DNA of 64,000 nt from Myxococcota bacterium. GTDB lineage: Bacteria; Myxococcota_A; UBA796; UBA2385. Where the stretch lies: assembly GCA_044344255.1 (NCBI GenBank), contig JBIJDH010000014.1, positions 140,313 to 204,312 of the forward strand, given 5' to 3'. The notes beneath the pieces were generated by a model. That model had not been told where the DNA came from. It did not search any database and saw only the letters and a program-made list of their open reading frames with translations. Shown here one piece after another: positions 27,827 through 37,673 of the stretch. The stretch's first letter is position 1. Every line of letters starts with the position of its first letter. A program made the position numbers and the translations under genes.

Positions 27827-29518
27827 TCAGCGGAGCACACACTTGCTGAAGCCGCCGTCACAGCTCAGCGTCACGGCGGCCCCCTCTCGGAGGCGGACGG
27901 TCCCGCTGCTGGCGAGCCCCACGCCGAAGTCGGCGAGCACCGCGTAGCGCCCCGGCAGGAGCGTTACGGTGCCGCCGCGCTGCAGCTCGACATCTGCGCC
28001 CTCCCCGCGGAGGATCGCGCGCGTCGCGTCGCCGTCGAGCCGCACCTCCACCTGCGCAGCGGCGGCGGCCTCCGTTGATGCCGGTGGGGGCGTGGAAGCG
28101 CCGGCCTCGGTCGGGCCGGCGGCGGCCTCCGCCTTGCCAGCGGCGGCCTTCTTCTTGTTGGCCTCCCGCTTGTCAGCGGCCTTCTTGGAAGGGGGCGCAG
28201 CGGCCGGAGCGGCGGGCTGCGCCGGCGAGGCGACGGGCGCGTCCTCGACGGCCTCCGTGGCGGTCGGCGCAGCGCGGTCCGGGCCGGCCTCGACCTCCCG
28301 ACTGCCGCTGTACCACCACAGAGCCACCGCGACGACGACGACAACGGCGCCCAACACCACGAGCCCGAGGCCGAGCGCGCCGGCGGCGAGCCCCGCCGCG
28401 GGCGCGTACGATCGCCCCGGGGAGGCGGCGCCGGCCGCAGGCGACGGAGCGGCCACCGCAGCCCGCTCCGGAGGCCTCCGGGCCGCGGGCTCCGCTGCCC
28501 CCGCCCTCGGGGACGGGGGGTCCTTCATCGCCACCGGGCCCGAAGCCTGGCCCTCCATCGCGTCGGAGGCGCCCGTCTCGAACAAGGTGGAGCCCGAGAG
28601 CTCGGCCGGCGCCTCGGCGGGCCAGGTGGCCACCACGAGGGGGACCTGGTGCTCGGCCCAGTCGCGCAGGCTCTCACCGCCGAGCGCCCGGCGGAGCTCG
28701 AGGGCGGCGCGCTCCACCTCGCGGGCGACCGGCCGATCTTCGGCCTCATAGGACAACATCGAGGCGAGGAGCCGGCAGAGGCCCTTGCTCTCTGCCCCGA
28801 GCCGCTGATCGACGGCGTCCAAGGCCACCTTCAGCATCTTGCGGTGCTTCTCGGAGCTCGGCACCGTCTTGCCGAAGGGCTGTCCTGCGATGAGCTCGTA
28901 GAGGACCGCGCCGAGCGCGTAGATGTCTCCCGCGTGGCTGTCGATCATCTCGAAGCGCTCGGGGGCCATGTACTGGGTCGAGCCGAAGGCCATGGCGCGG
29001 GTCTGGGCCTCCCGCTCGTCGAAGTCGGCGCGGGCGATGCCGAAGTCGAGGACCTTGACCTCTCCGTGGCTGGTGAGCTGCACGTTCGAGGGCTTCAGAT
29101 CGCGATGGAGCAGCCGGAGCGGCCTCCCGTCGGCGCCCTTGTGGTTGTAGGCGACGTCGAGCGCGCCTGCGATCTCGGCCACCATCTCGAGCGCGACCCC
29201 GGCGGGCACCACGCCGTCGCGGATGAGCTGGTGGAGGCCGACCCCCTCCACGAACTCCATCACCACGACCTGCCGCCCGCCGAGCTTGACGAGCCCGTCA
29301 ACCCGCACGATCGCCCGGTGGCGGATGAGGCCGAGGATGCGCGCCTCGTCGCGGAAGCGGCGCGCGACCTCCTCCACCCCCTCCATGTCGGGGTTGAGCA
29401 CCTTGAGGGCGACGTCCTTCGTGAAGCCGCCGGGGCCGGTCAGCTCGGCGCGGTAGACGGTGCCGAAGCCGCCCCGACCGAGCACGGAGTCTACGCGATA
29501 GCGCCGCTCCTCACTCAA
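27827..29518 (-). CDS. membrane-bound Ser/Thr protein kinase
   Basis: GRGGFG, VALK, HRDLKPSN, DFG, YMAPE; TM and small extracytoplasmic beta domain; TTG start overlapping the upstream stop. Confidence 0.92.
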   Translation of the reverse strand: MSEERRYRVDSVLGRGGFGTVYRAELTGPGGFTKDVALKVLNPDMEGVEEVARRFRDEARILGLIRHRAIVRVDGLVKLGGRQVVVMEFVEGVGLHQLIRDGVVPAGVALEMVAEIAGALDVAYNHKGADGRPLRLLHRDLKPSNVQLTSHGEVKVLDFGIARADFDEREAQTRAMAFGSTQYMAPERFEMIDSHAGDIYALGAVLYELIAGQPFGKTVPSSEKHRKMLKVALDAVDQRLGAESKGLCRLLASMLSYEAEDRPVAREVERAALELRRALGGESLRDWAEHQVPLVVATWPAEAPAELSGSTLFETGASDAMEGQASGPVAMKDPPSPRAGAAEPAARRPPERAAVAAPSPAAGAASPGRSYAPAAGLAAGALGLGLVVLGAVVVVVAVALWWYSGSREVEAGPDRAAPTATEAVEDAPVASPAQPAAPAAAPPSKKAADKREANKKKAAAGKAEAAAGPTEAGASTPPPASTEAAAAAQVEVRLDGDATRAILRGEGADVELQRGGTVTLLPGRYAVLADFGVGLASSGTVRLREGAAVTLSCDGGFSKCVLR

Positions 29519-30453
29519 AAGGCCACCGACACGCCGAAACCCAGCGCGACGAGGCCGAGCCCCGCCGCCGACAAGCTGAGCGTGTTGGCCCGCCGCTGCG
29601 CCGCGCCGTACTCGGCGACGAACTGGTCCACCTCAGCGGGATCTTCGGCGTAGACGGGGGACTCGAGGGAGAGCGCCTCGTTGTGGGCCACCCGGGCGGC
29701 GGCGTACAGGCCCCCTGCGCCGAGGGCGGCGCTCCCGGCCACGACGCCCCGCCGCAGCCGACGGTTGGGCGCCCGCTTCGCGGTGGACGCGGCCGCCACC
29801 GGGGTGGGGCCGACGGAGAGCCAGGCGGGGGCGACGCTGGGATCGGCCTCGTAGGCGGTCCACAGCACCTTGCCCTCGCCGTCGAGGAGCTGGCCGACAA
29901 AGGGGCGCCCGCTCACGGCGCGGCGCGTGAGGCGCCCGTCGATGCCGAGCGAGCGACCGGCGGGCACCGCCAGCTCCACCGAGGCGGCCGGCTGGACCGC
30001 CTCCGCGGCGATGAAGAGCGCGCGGAGCGGGTGCCCCTCGGGGGCGACCTCCAGCGAGAGCTCGGCCTCCCGGTTCGTGGCGAGCCAGCCGCGGAGCGCG
30101 GCCTCGGCGCCCGGGAGGTCTTTGTCGAAGTATCGACGGAGGGCCATGAAGCGGTGCAGGGCCGCCGCGTCTCCGGGCTCGAAGACCTCGTCCATGCAGC
30201 GGAGCAGGCCGTCGACGCGCGTCGAGGCCTCCACGAAGCCCGCCCGGTCGGCGGCGGCGAAGGCGGCCTCCCCGACGTTGACGGTGGCCATCAGGGCGGC
30301 CGCGCGGGCCGGCTCGACGCAGTCCGCGGGCGCGGCGACGGCGGCTCGGCCGAGGGCGGCACCCAACAGCGCCGCGCCGCACCAACGGGACCAGGCCCGA
30401 CAGGGCATCTGCGACATCATCCGCATGCGCCAGAAGATAACAGGGGGCCTCAC
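29515..30453 (-). CDS. hypothetical exported/membrane protein coupled to the kinase
   Basis: signal-like segment, helical region, two C-terminal hydrophobic segments ending VAF; true start probably 30408-30423. Confidence 0.65.
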   Translation of the reverse strand: MRPPVIFWRMRMMSQMPCRAWSRWCGAALLGAALGRAAVAAPADCVEPARAAALMATVNVGEAAFAAADRAGFVEASTRVDGLLRCMDEVFEPGDAAALHRFMALRRYFDKDLPGAEAALRGWLATNREAELSLEVAPEGHPLRALFIAAEAVQPAASVELAVPAGRSLGIDGRLTRRAVSGRPFVGQLLDGEGKVLWTAYEADPSVAPAWLSVGPTPVAAASTAKRAPNRRLRRGVVAGSAALGAGGLYAAARVAHNEALSLESPVYAEDPAEVDQFVAEYGAAQRRANTLSLSAAGLGLVALGFGVSVAF

Positions 30454-30557
30454 GAGGTGCGGATGAACCTGGAAGGTGACACGCTCCGCGATCTGGTCGG
30501 ACCACCCCCGATCACGGAGGCCCGGTCGTCGCGCGCGCCGACCGCCGGGCTCGACCG

Positions 30558-31340
30558 ATGAGCGGCGCCCCCCACCGCGCCGCAGCGCCGCGTGGTCCGG
30601 CGGAGGCCGTCGAGGCGATCGTGGTCGGTGGCATGGACTACGGCGAGGCCGACCGGATCGTGCGCCTGCTCTCCCCCACCCTCGGCCGGATGTCGGCCCT
30701 GGCGCGGCGCGCCCGCTCGGGGAACCGGAAATTCGGCGGTGCCCTCGAGGCCGGCAACCGGGTGCGCCTGCTCGCCCGGCCCGGGCACGGCGACCTCTAC
30801 CACATCGACGAGGCCGAGCTCCTCGACGGCCGGCTCGGCGCCCGCTCCGAGCTCTCCCGCCTCAGCACCCTCGCCTACTGCTGCGAGGTCGCCGCCGCCC
30901 TCGCCCGCGAGGCCCAGCCGGAGCCCCGCCTCTGGGGCCTCCTCGAGATGGCCCTCTCCGTGCTCGACGCCCTCGAGGGTGCGCCTTCGCCGATGTTCCG
31001 CCTGGGCTTCGAGGCGAAGGCCCTCACCTTCGCCGGTCTCGCCCCGGTCCTCGATCGCTGCGCGCGCTGTGACCGCCCCCTCGAGGATGCGCTCGGCGTC
31101 TCGCTCCTCGCCGGCGGGGCGGTCCACCTCGACTGCGATCCCCAGGCCCAGCCCGTGACGCCGGCCTGGCTCGCCGCCGTGGCCCAAGCGCGGCGCACCC
31201 CCCTCCGCGACCTCGTCGATCTGCCCACCCCCGGCGGGCCGCGCTGGGCCCTCGCCGAGGCCGTCGAGACCCACACGGAGCGAGCCCTGAAGTCCCGCGC
31301 GCTGCTCGCCGAGCTGGAGCCCGCCCCGCCAGAGGGATAG
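30558..31340 (+). CDS. recO: DNA repair protein RecO
   Basis: DYGEADRIVRLLS, ARRARSGNRKFGGALE, CARC zinc-finger half; lies upstream of glyQS. Confidence 0.9.
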   Translation: MSGAPHRAAAPRGPAEAVEAIVVGGMDYGEADRIVRLLSPTLGRMSALARRARSGNRKFGGALEAGNRVRLLARPGHGDLYHIDEAELLDGRLGARSELSRLSTLAYCCEVAAALAREAQPEPRLWGLLEMALSVLDALEGAPSPMFRLGFEAKALTFAGLAPVLDRCARCDRPLEDALGVSLLAGGAVHLDCDPQAQPVTPAWLAAVAQARRTPLRDLVDLPTPGGPRWALAEAVETHTERALKSRALLAELEPAPPEG

Positions 31341-31349
31341 GATCTGCCG

Positions 31350-32156
31350 ATGTTCACCTCGCCACTTCGCCGCGGGGCCGCGCTCGCCGCGCTCCTCACC
31401 GGCTGCGCTGACCTCTCGCTCTCCTCCCTGCTCTCGTCCGTGCCGGGCGCGGGCGCCGAAGACGGCACCGCAACCTGGGAGGGTTACGTCTACACCTACC
31501 CCTTCGACGGGGGAGACCTCGTCCCGCTCGAGGACGGCGCGGTGTCAGCGGTTGACCTCGACGGGGCGCTCCTCGCCGAGGCAGCCCAGCCCTACGACAA
31601 CGCGCCCTCCTGGTACCAGCTCGAGCTCGCGGTCGACGTCGAGATCGGGCTGCGGGTCGAGGGCGGCGAGGGCACGGCCACGCTCTGGCGGGGCCGGGTG
31701 CCCGATGGCAACGCCATCTGGATCGGCGGCACGGTCTTCTCCTTCGACGCGCTCGACATGGCCGGCTTCTTCGCAGACCTCGCCGATCAGGGTGCCACGG
31801 GGAAAAAGACCCCGGAGCCGCTCGAGTCGGCCACGGTCGCCCACCTCTGGGGCACGCCGCTCAACGACGAGGTCGCCCAGGCGCTGGTGACCGCGGAGAT
31901 GGAGGTGGTGGACGGCGACGGCCTCGTGCACCCGGTCTACCGCCTCGCCACGGGACGCCAAGGAAACCTGATCGACGTCAGCTCCATGGCCACCCCGCCC
32001 GCCGCGGTCGAGATCTTCGTCGCGGTCAACCTGCCCCCCGGCCCCTGCACCCTGCTCACCCGCACCGCCGATGGCCGCGAGGTCGAGACCACCTGGCCCG
32101 CCCTCGGCGGAGACGTGCTCAGCGCCGCCTTCTACGCCTTGCCGGAGCCCGGATGA
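31350..32156 (+). CDS. hypothetical lipoprotein
   Basis: lipobox LTGC; beta-rich acidic sequence. Confidence 0.7.
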   Translation: MFTSPLRRGAALAALLTGCADLSLSSLLSSVPGAGAEDGTATWEGYVYTYPFDGGDLVPLEDGAVSAVDLDGALLAEAAQPYDNAPSWYQLELAVDVEIGLRVEGGEGTATLWRGRVPDGNAIWIGGTVFSFDALDMAGFFADLADQGATGKKTPEPLESATVAHLWGTPLNDEVAQALVTAEMEVVDGDGLVHPVYRLATGRQGNLIDVSSMATPPAAVEIFVAVNLPPGPCTLLTRTADGREVETTWPALGGDVLSAAFYALPEPG

Positions 32157-32875
32157 GCTCGCCGCTGCTGCTTGGCCCCCTCCTCTTCGCGTCTTGCACC
32201 AAGGGCTTTGACGACATCGTCCTCACCGGCACGCTCTACGACGGAGAGGAGAGCGCGTCGGCCCCCGTGAGCGGGGCAGACCTCCAGATCCGCAACGCCG
32301 ACGGCTCCAAAGGTGAGCACACCACCACAGCCTACGATGGCGTGTTTCAGATCGAGATCACCCCAGAGCAGTCGTTCACTGCGGTCTTCTCGGAGGCCGG
32401 CTCCGTCGAGACCTCCTTCGCCGCCACCGCCGGCCTCGGCGACATCGACGCCGAGACGCGCCAGCTCTGGCTCCGCAGCGAGGATGAGCTCGCCGACATC
32501 GCCACCACCTTTGGCGACTGCGGCGAGCGGGGTGGCGCCTCGATCGAGGGCGTCGTCCACCTCTACGTCCCCAGCGTGGCCGACTACCACTACCTGCCCC
32601 TCGTGACCTCGGCCGATGTCACGGCCCTCGACGACGCGGGCGACGTTCACATGGCCTGCTACCTCGACGACGAGGGCGTCTACGACGCCGACGCGGTCGA
32701 GACCGGCCTCACGGGGCGCTTTGCCATCTTCGGGCTCCCCGAGGGCCACGCCACAGTGCGGATCGGCTTCGTCCTCGGCACCGAAGAGATGCCCCAGACC
32801 GTGTTCCCAGTGTGGCTGAGCGAAGCCGGGACCGCGCCCTTGTACCCGGCGCTGGTTCAAGACGGCAACTACTGA
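32153..32875 (+). CDS. hypothetical lipoprotein (carboxypeptidase-regulatory-like beta domains)
   Basis: lipobox FASC; PVSGADLQI...TTAYDGVFQI and TGRFAIFGLPEG motifs; ATGA overlap. Confidence 0.7.
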   Translation: MSSPLLLGPLLFASCTKGFDDIVLTGTLYDGEESASAPVSGADLQIRNADGSKGEHTTTAYDGVFQIEITPEQSFTAVFSEAGSVETSFAATAGLGDIDAETRQLWLRSEDELADIATTFGDCGERGGASIEGVVHLYVPSVADYHYLPLVTSADVTALDDAGDVHMACYLDDEGVYDADAVETGLTGRFAIFGLPEGHATVRIGFVLGTEEMPQTVFPVWLSEAGTAPLYPALVQDGNY

Positions 32876-33078
32876 GCGGGCGGCACCCCCGGCCCACGCG
32901 CCAGAGAGGCGGCGCCGATCAAGGGCGCACCCTTGCCATTATCGGCCCGACAGCGTACTGTGAGCGCGTTCGGTGGATGCGGCTGGGCCCAGATCCCTGC
33001 CGCATCGGGAAGAGTACCCGCAGTACTAGAGACCCCGCCGGAAGTCACGAACACCCACCCTCATCGGAGGCCCCGCCC

Positions 33079-33366
33079 ATGGGCGAAATGATCCGCAAGC
33101 CTGATACGAACCCCATTGTCGTTGCCATCCTCAACGTAATTCTGTTGAACGGGGGCATCGGCTACTTCATCATGGGCCAGAAGAAGAAGGCCATCATCTC
33201 GATCATCATCACCTGGGTTGGATCGGCCTGTTTCGGCATCGGCCTCATCTTCCCCTGGATCGCCGCCTACGACGCCTACCTTCTCGGCCAGAAGCTGCAG
33301 AACGGCGAGGCCATCGGCGAGAACGAGAACGGGCTCTCCTTCCTCAACGCCATCTTCAAGGACTGA
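33079..33366 (+). CDS. small membrane protein (TM2-like)
   Basis: GGAGG RBS; NPIVVAILN...GIGYFIMGQKKKAI pattern, multiple TM segments. Confidence 0.8.
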   Translation: MGEMIRKPDTNPIVVAILNVILLNGGIGYFIMGQKKKAIISIIITWVGSACFGIGLIFPWIAAYDAYLLGQKLQNGEAIGENENGLSFLNAIFKD

Positions 33367-33474
33367 GCCCCCGAGGCTCCGTTCGACCCACCGAGCTCCC
33401 CGCCCCCGCTCCGATATTTCGGCGCCAGGCGGGGCTCGTACGTTTAGCCTGCCCCCCGAGGACGCCCTACCGCC

Positions 33475-34632
33475 GTGGCGATCGCCTTCGCGAGCTTTGA
33501 CGAGCCGCACGCCTGGTTGATCCGCGGTCTCGTCGAGTACGGCTGGACCGACCTCGGGCGTGGCGGCCCCGTGCCGCCGGGGTCCTTCGGCGCCCTCAGC
33601 CTCGTCCGCCTCACTGGGAACGACGGCTGTGACGGCTTCCTGCTCGAGGTGCCCGCCGTCGTCGACGGCCGGCCCTGCCGGGAGGACGGCACCTACTCCT
33701 TCCAGGTGCAGGTGAGCAGCAACGCGGAGGGCCTCGTGGCCTCCGTCCGCTGCCCCGAGGCCAATTACTTCCAAGAATTTTCCTACGACCGTCACAATCC
33801 CCTCTGGGCGGCCGGCTACATCCACCAGTCGCTGTCGGAATACGTGCCCGGCTTCGTCCGCTGGCGCCTCGCCGGCAACGAGGTGAGCTGGTCGCAGCGC
33901 TCCGGCCTCCCCACCGTGAAGGGCGAGCCCGCCTCGCGGCCCCTGCTTGAGTTCGTGACCGAGCGAATCGGCGCGAACCGCCGCTTTGACCTTGGTCCTG
34001 CAGAGGCCTGGTGGACCGGCGGCGCTCCCCCCCCCCGCAAGGCCGTGGTCCCCGCCTCGAGCTGGAGCGGGCCCGTCGCGACCGCCGGCCGCGGCGGCGG
34101 CGATCCCACCTACGTCTCCGCCGAGGGGAAGAGCTTCCTCGCCGAAGCCGGCCCGACGACCCACATCGTCGCCGTCGCCGAGGTGGTGCTGGCCCGCGAG
34201 CGCACCGCGGGCCCCGGCCTCGCGCTGACGATCCTCTCCGGGCTCACCTTGCTGCAGGGCTTCGGCTGGCTCCTCAACGCGGCCAGCGTGCTCTTCTACT
34301 ACCGTGACCGGGTGGGCGCGCTCCTCTTCAGCCTCTTCTTCGCCTTCTTCCTGATGATCAACGGCTTCGCCGGCATCTTTGGTGGGATGCAGTATCGACA
34401 GGCCCGCGGCGGCCCGCTGCCGTACCACGCGATGGCGGTAGCGGCGCTCTCCCCCGTCTGCTGCCTGTTTGGGCTGCCGATCAGCGGATGGGCGATGTGG
34501 GTCTGGATGAACCCCTCGGTGAGGCTGGCCCGGAACAGCCAGGCCCTGCCCACCCCGGCGTTGAACAGCGCCGCGAGCCCCCCCCTCATCGAGAAGATGA
34601 AGGCCTGGTTCCCAACCTTTCGTAAGAAGTGA
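33475..34632 (+). CDS. hypothetical protein with C-terminal multi-TM domain
   Basis: coding-like codon usage; hydrophobic C-terminus with [17 protein letters not shown]. Confidence 0.7.
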   Translation: MAIAFASFDEPHAWLIRGLVEYGWTDLGRGGPVPPGSFGALSLVRLTGNDGCDGFLLEVPAVVDGRPCREDGTYSFQVQVSSNAEGLVASVRCPEANYFQEFSYDRHNPLWAAGYIHQSLSEYVPGFVRWRLAGNEVSWSQRSGLPTVKGEPASRPLLEFVTERIGANRRFDLGPAEAWWTGGAPPPRKAVVPASSWSGPVATAGRGGGDPTYVSAEGKSFLAEAGPTTHIVAVAEVVLARERTAGPGLALTILSGLTLLQGFGWLLNAASVLFYYRDRVGALLFSLFFAFFLMINGFAGIFGGMQYRQARGGPLPYHAMAVAALSPVCCLFGLPISGWAMWVWMNPSVRLARNSQALPTPALNSAASPPLIEKMKAWFPTFRKK

Positions 34633-34685
34633 TCCGCGCGGCCAGACCCGCGGGGCCCCACGAGCACATCACCCGAGAGAGCATC

Positions 34686-35573
34686 ATGTACTTCCAGGAC
34701 TTGATCCTGACCCTTCAGCGCTTCTGGGGAGCCCAGGGCTGCGCGGTCCTCCAGCCGCTCGACACGGAGATGGGGGCGGGCACCTTCCACCCGGCCACCT
34801 TCCTCCGCGCGCTCGGCCCCAAGCCCTGGCGGGCCTGCTACGTCCAGCCCTGCCGCCGCCCCGCTGACGCCCGCTACGGTGACAATCCGAACCGCCTCGG
34901 CCACTATTACCAGTTCCAGGTGATCCTCAAGCCGAGCCCCGCCGACATCCAGGACGTCTACATCCGCAGCCTCGAGGCCATCGGCCTCGACCTCAAGAAG
35001 CACGACCTGCGCTTCGTCGAGGACGACTGGGAGTCTCCCACCCTCGGGGCCTGGGGCCTCGGCTGGGAGGTCTGGATGGACGGGATGGAGGTCACCCAGT
35101 ACACCTACTTCCAGCAGGTGGGCGGCTTCGAGCTCGACCCCATCAGCGTCGAGCTCACCTACGGCCTCGAGCGCCTCGCGATGTACCTCCAGGGCGTGGA
35201 CAACGTCTACGATCTCCAGTGGGTGGAGGGCATCAGCTACGGTGACGTCTATCACCGAAATGAGGTGGAGCAGTCCACCTTCAACTTCGAGCAGTCGAAC
35301 ACCGCCGTGCTCTTCCGCACCTTCCAGGACAGCTTCGACGAGTCGCAGCGCCTCGCCCGCCTCGGCCTCGTCCTGCCCGCCTACGACCACTGCATGAAGA
35401 GCTCGCACACCTTCAACCTGCTCGACGCCCGCGGCGCGATCAGCGTCGCCGAGCGGGCCCGCTACATCGGCCGCGTGCGCCAGCTCGCCGTCATGTGCGC
35501 CCGCGTCTGGCAGGGCCTGAGCGCCGACGCCGCCCCCACCGAGGGTCAGCGCACCGAGGAGGTGGCCTCATGA
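34686..35573 (+). CDS. glyQ: glycine--tRNA ligase alpha subunit
   Basis: [50 protein letters not shown]. Confidence 0.98.
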   Translation: MYFQDLILTLQRFWGAQGCAVLQPLDTEMGAGTFHPATFLRALGPKPWRACYVQPCRRPADARYGDNPNRLGHYYQFQVILKPSPADIQDVYIRSLEAIGLDLKKHDLRFVEDDWESPTLGAWGLGWEVWMDGMEVTQYTYFQQVGGFELDPISVELTYGLERLAMYLQGVDNVYDLQWVEGISYGDVYHRNEVEQSTFNFEQSNTAVLFRTFQDSFDESQRLARLGLVLPAYDHCMKSSHTFNLLDARGAISVAERARYIGRVRQLAVMCARVWQGLSADAAPTEGQRTEEVAS

Positions 35574-37597
35574 GCGAGCTCTTCATCGAGGTCCGCAGCG
35601 AGGAGCTGCCGGCCCGCTTCGTCCCCACCGCCATCCAGTCCCTCGCCGCCGGCCTCAGCGGGCTGCTCAAGGGCGTCGCCTTCGGAGCGGTCACCACCTG
35701 GGCCACCCCCCGGCGGCTCGCGGTCTCGATCCAGGGCGTCGCCCTCTCGCGACCGGTGGTCGAGCAGCTCATCACCGGCCCCGCCGCCGCCCAGGGCTTC
35801 GTGGACGGCAAGCCCACGAAGATCGCCGAGGGCTTCGCCCGCGGGAAGGGCGTGCCCGTCGAGGCCATCGAGATCGTGGACGGCCCCAAGGGCAAGGTCA
35901 TCGCCGCGCGGGTCCAGAGCGGGGGCGAGTCGACCGCCGCCCTCGTCGCCGCCGGCCTCGAGGCCGTCATCCTCGGCGTCACCTTCCCGAAGTCGATGCG
36001 CTGGGGCTCGAGCCGCGTGCGCTGGGCGCGGCCCCTGCACGGCGTCATCGCGCTGCTCGACGGGGCGGTGATCCCCGCCACCGTCGCCGGCATCCCCACC
36101 GGTGACCGCACCCTCGGCCACCGCCTCGCCCCCGAGCCCCTCATCGTCACCGGCTCCGCGGACTGGGCGTCGCAGCTCGAGGCCCACTTCGTCCTGCCCT
36201 CGATCGAGGCCCGCCGGGCGCGCATCCTCGCCCAGCTCGACGAGCGGGCCGCGGCCATCGGGCTGCAGGTCGAGGCCGACGAGGCCCTGGTCGAGCAGGT
36301 CACGAACCTCGTCGAGTGGCCCGTGGTCATCGAGGCGAGCTTCGCCGAGAGCCTGCTCGAGCTGCCGCCGCGGCTGCTCGTGGAGTCGATGAAGGTGCAC
36401 CAGCGCCTCTTCCCGCTCTACGCGGGGGGCGCGCTGTCCCACCGGCTGCTCGTCGTGACGAACCACCCCTTCGCCCACGACCCCGAGGTCGCCGCCCTCA
36501 TCGCCGCTGGCAACAGCCGCGTGCTCGGCGCCCGCTTCTACGACGCCCGCTTCTTCAACGCCGAGGACCGCAAGAAGCACCTCGCCGACCACGGCGCGAA
36601 GCTGGCCCAGCGGCAGTGGATCCGCGACGGCGGCACGATGGCCGACAAGCAGCTCCGCGTCGAGCAGCTCGCCCGGGCGCTCGCCCCCGTCTTCGGCGCC
36701 GACCCCCTCGCCACCGCCCGCGCCGCCAGCCTCTGTAAGGCCGACCTCGCCACGCAGATGGTGGGCGAGTTCCCCGAGCTCCAGGGCCACGTCGGCCGCC
36801 TGCTCGCCCTCCACGGCGGGGAGACGGAGGGGGTCGCCCTCGCGATCGAGGAGCACTACCTGCCGCGCTTCTCCGGCGACGCCCTGCCCACCTCGCCCGA
36901 GGGCCGCGCCCTCGCCGTCGCCGACCGCCTCGACACCCTCACCGGCTGTTTCAGCCGCGGCCTCAAGCCCAAGGGCAACGCCGATCCCCTCGGCCTCCGC
37001 CGCGCCGCGATCGGGATGCTCACCCTGCTGCTCGAGGCCGGCGTCCGGATCGATCTCCCCACCCTGCTCACCGCCGGCGGCGCCGCCCCCGACGCCGACC
37101 TGCAGGACTTCGTGACCACCCGCCTCCGCGCCCTGCTCATCGAGGCCTTCGCCACCGATCAGGTCGACGCCGTGCTCGCGACCGGCGACAAGGAACCGCT
37201 CGCCCTCCGCGCCCGGGCCCTGGCCTTGCAGGAGCTGGCGCGCGGCGCCGACTTCAGCGCCTTGAAGACCACCTTCAAGCGCATGATGAACATCGCCCGC
37301 GAGCACACGAGCGGCGAGCACGACCCCAGCGCCATGGTGGAGCCCGCCGAGCAAGCCCTGCTCGCCGCCTTTCACGAGGTGCGAGAGGGCGCCCGGGCCT
37401 CCACCCTGGCGCTCGACTACGGCGCGGCGCTGGCGAAGCTCGCCACGCTCCGGCCGGCGGTCGATCGGCTCTTCACCGAGCTGATGGTGATGGCCGACGA
37501 CCCCGGCGTCCGCGCCAACCGCCTGGGCCTGCTGCGCTCGATCGCCGACGAGTTCGCGCTCATCGCCGACTTCACGCGGCTCTCCTCGGAGGGCTGA
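35570..37597 (+). CDS. glyS: glycine--tRNA ligase beta subunit
   Basis: [53 protein letters not shown] overlap with glyQ. Confidence 0.97.
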   Translation: MSELFIEVRSEELPARFVPTAIQSLAAGLSGLLKGVAFGAVTTWATPRRLAVSIQGVALSRPVVEQLITGPAAAQGFVDGKPTKIAEGFARGKGVPVEAIEIVDGPKGKVIAARVQSGGESTAALVAAGLEAVILGVTFPKSMRWGSSRVRWARPLHGVIALLDGAVIPATVAGIPTGDRTLGHRLAPEPLIVTGSADWASQLEAHFVLPSIEARRARILAQLDERAAAIGLQVEADEALVEQVTNLVEWPVVIEASFAESLLELPPRLLVESMKVHQRLFPLYAGGALSHRLLVVTNHPFAHDPEVAALIAAGNSRVLGARFYDARFFNAEDRKKHLADHGAKLAQRQWIRDGGTMADKQLRVEQLARALAPVFGADPLATARAASLCKADLATQMVGEFPELQGHVGRLLALHGGETEGVALAIEEHYLPRFSGDALPTSPEGRALAVADRLDTLTGCFSRGLKPKGNADPLGLRRAAIGMLTLLLEAGVRIDLPTLLTAGGAAPDADLQDFVTTRLRALLIEAFATDQVDAVLATGDKEPLALRARALALQELARGADFSALKTTFKRMMNIAREHTSGEHDPSAMVEPAEQALLAAFHEVREGARASTLALDYGAALAKLATLRPAVDRLFTELMVMADDPGVRANRLGLLRSIADEFALIADFTRLSSEG

Positions 37598-37631
37598 CCG
37601 CGGCGGCGCGCGTGCCGGCCCTCGGGGCCCC

Positions 37632-37670
37632 TCCCCTCGGATCTTCCCCCCGGATCTTCCCCTCGGAGTC
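37632..37670. repeat. 13-bp tandem repeat x3 ending in the RBS of the next gene
   Basis: tcccctcggatct / tccccccggatct / tcccctcggagtc. Confidence 0.75.
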
Positions 37671-37673
37671 CCC

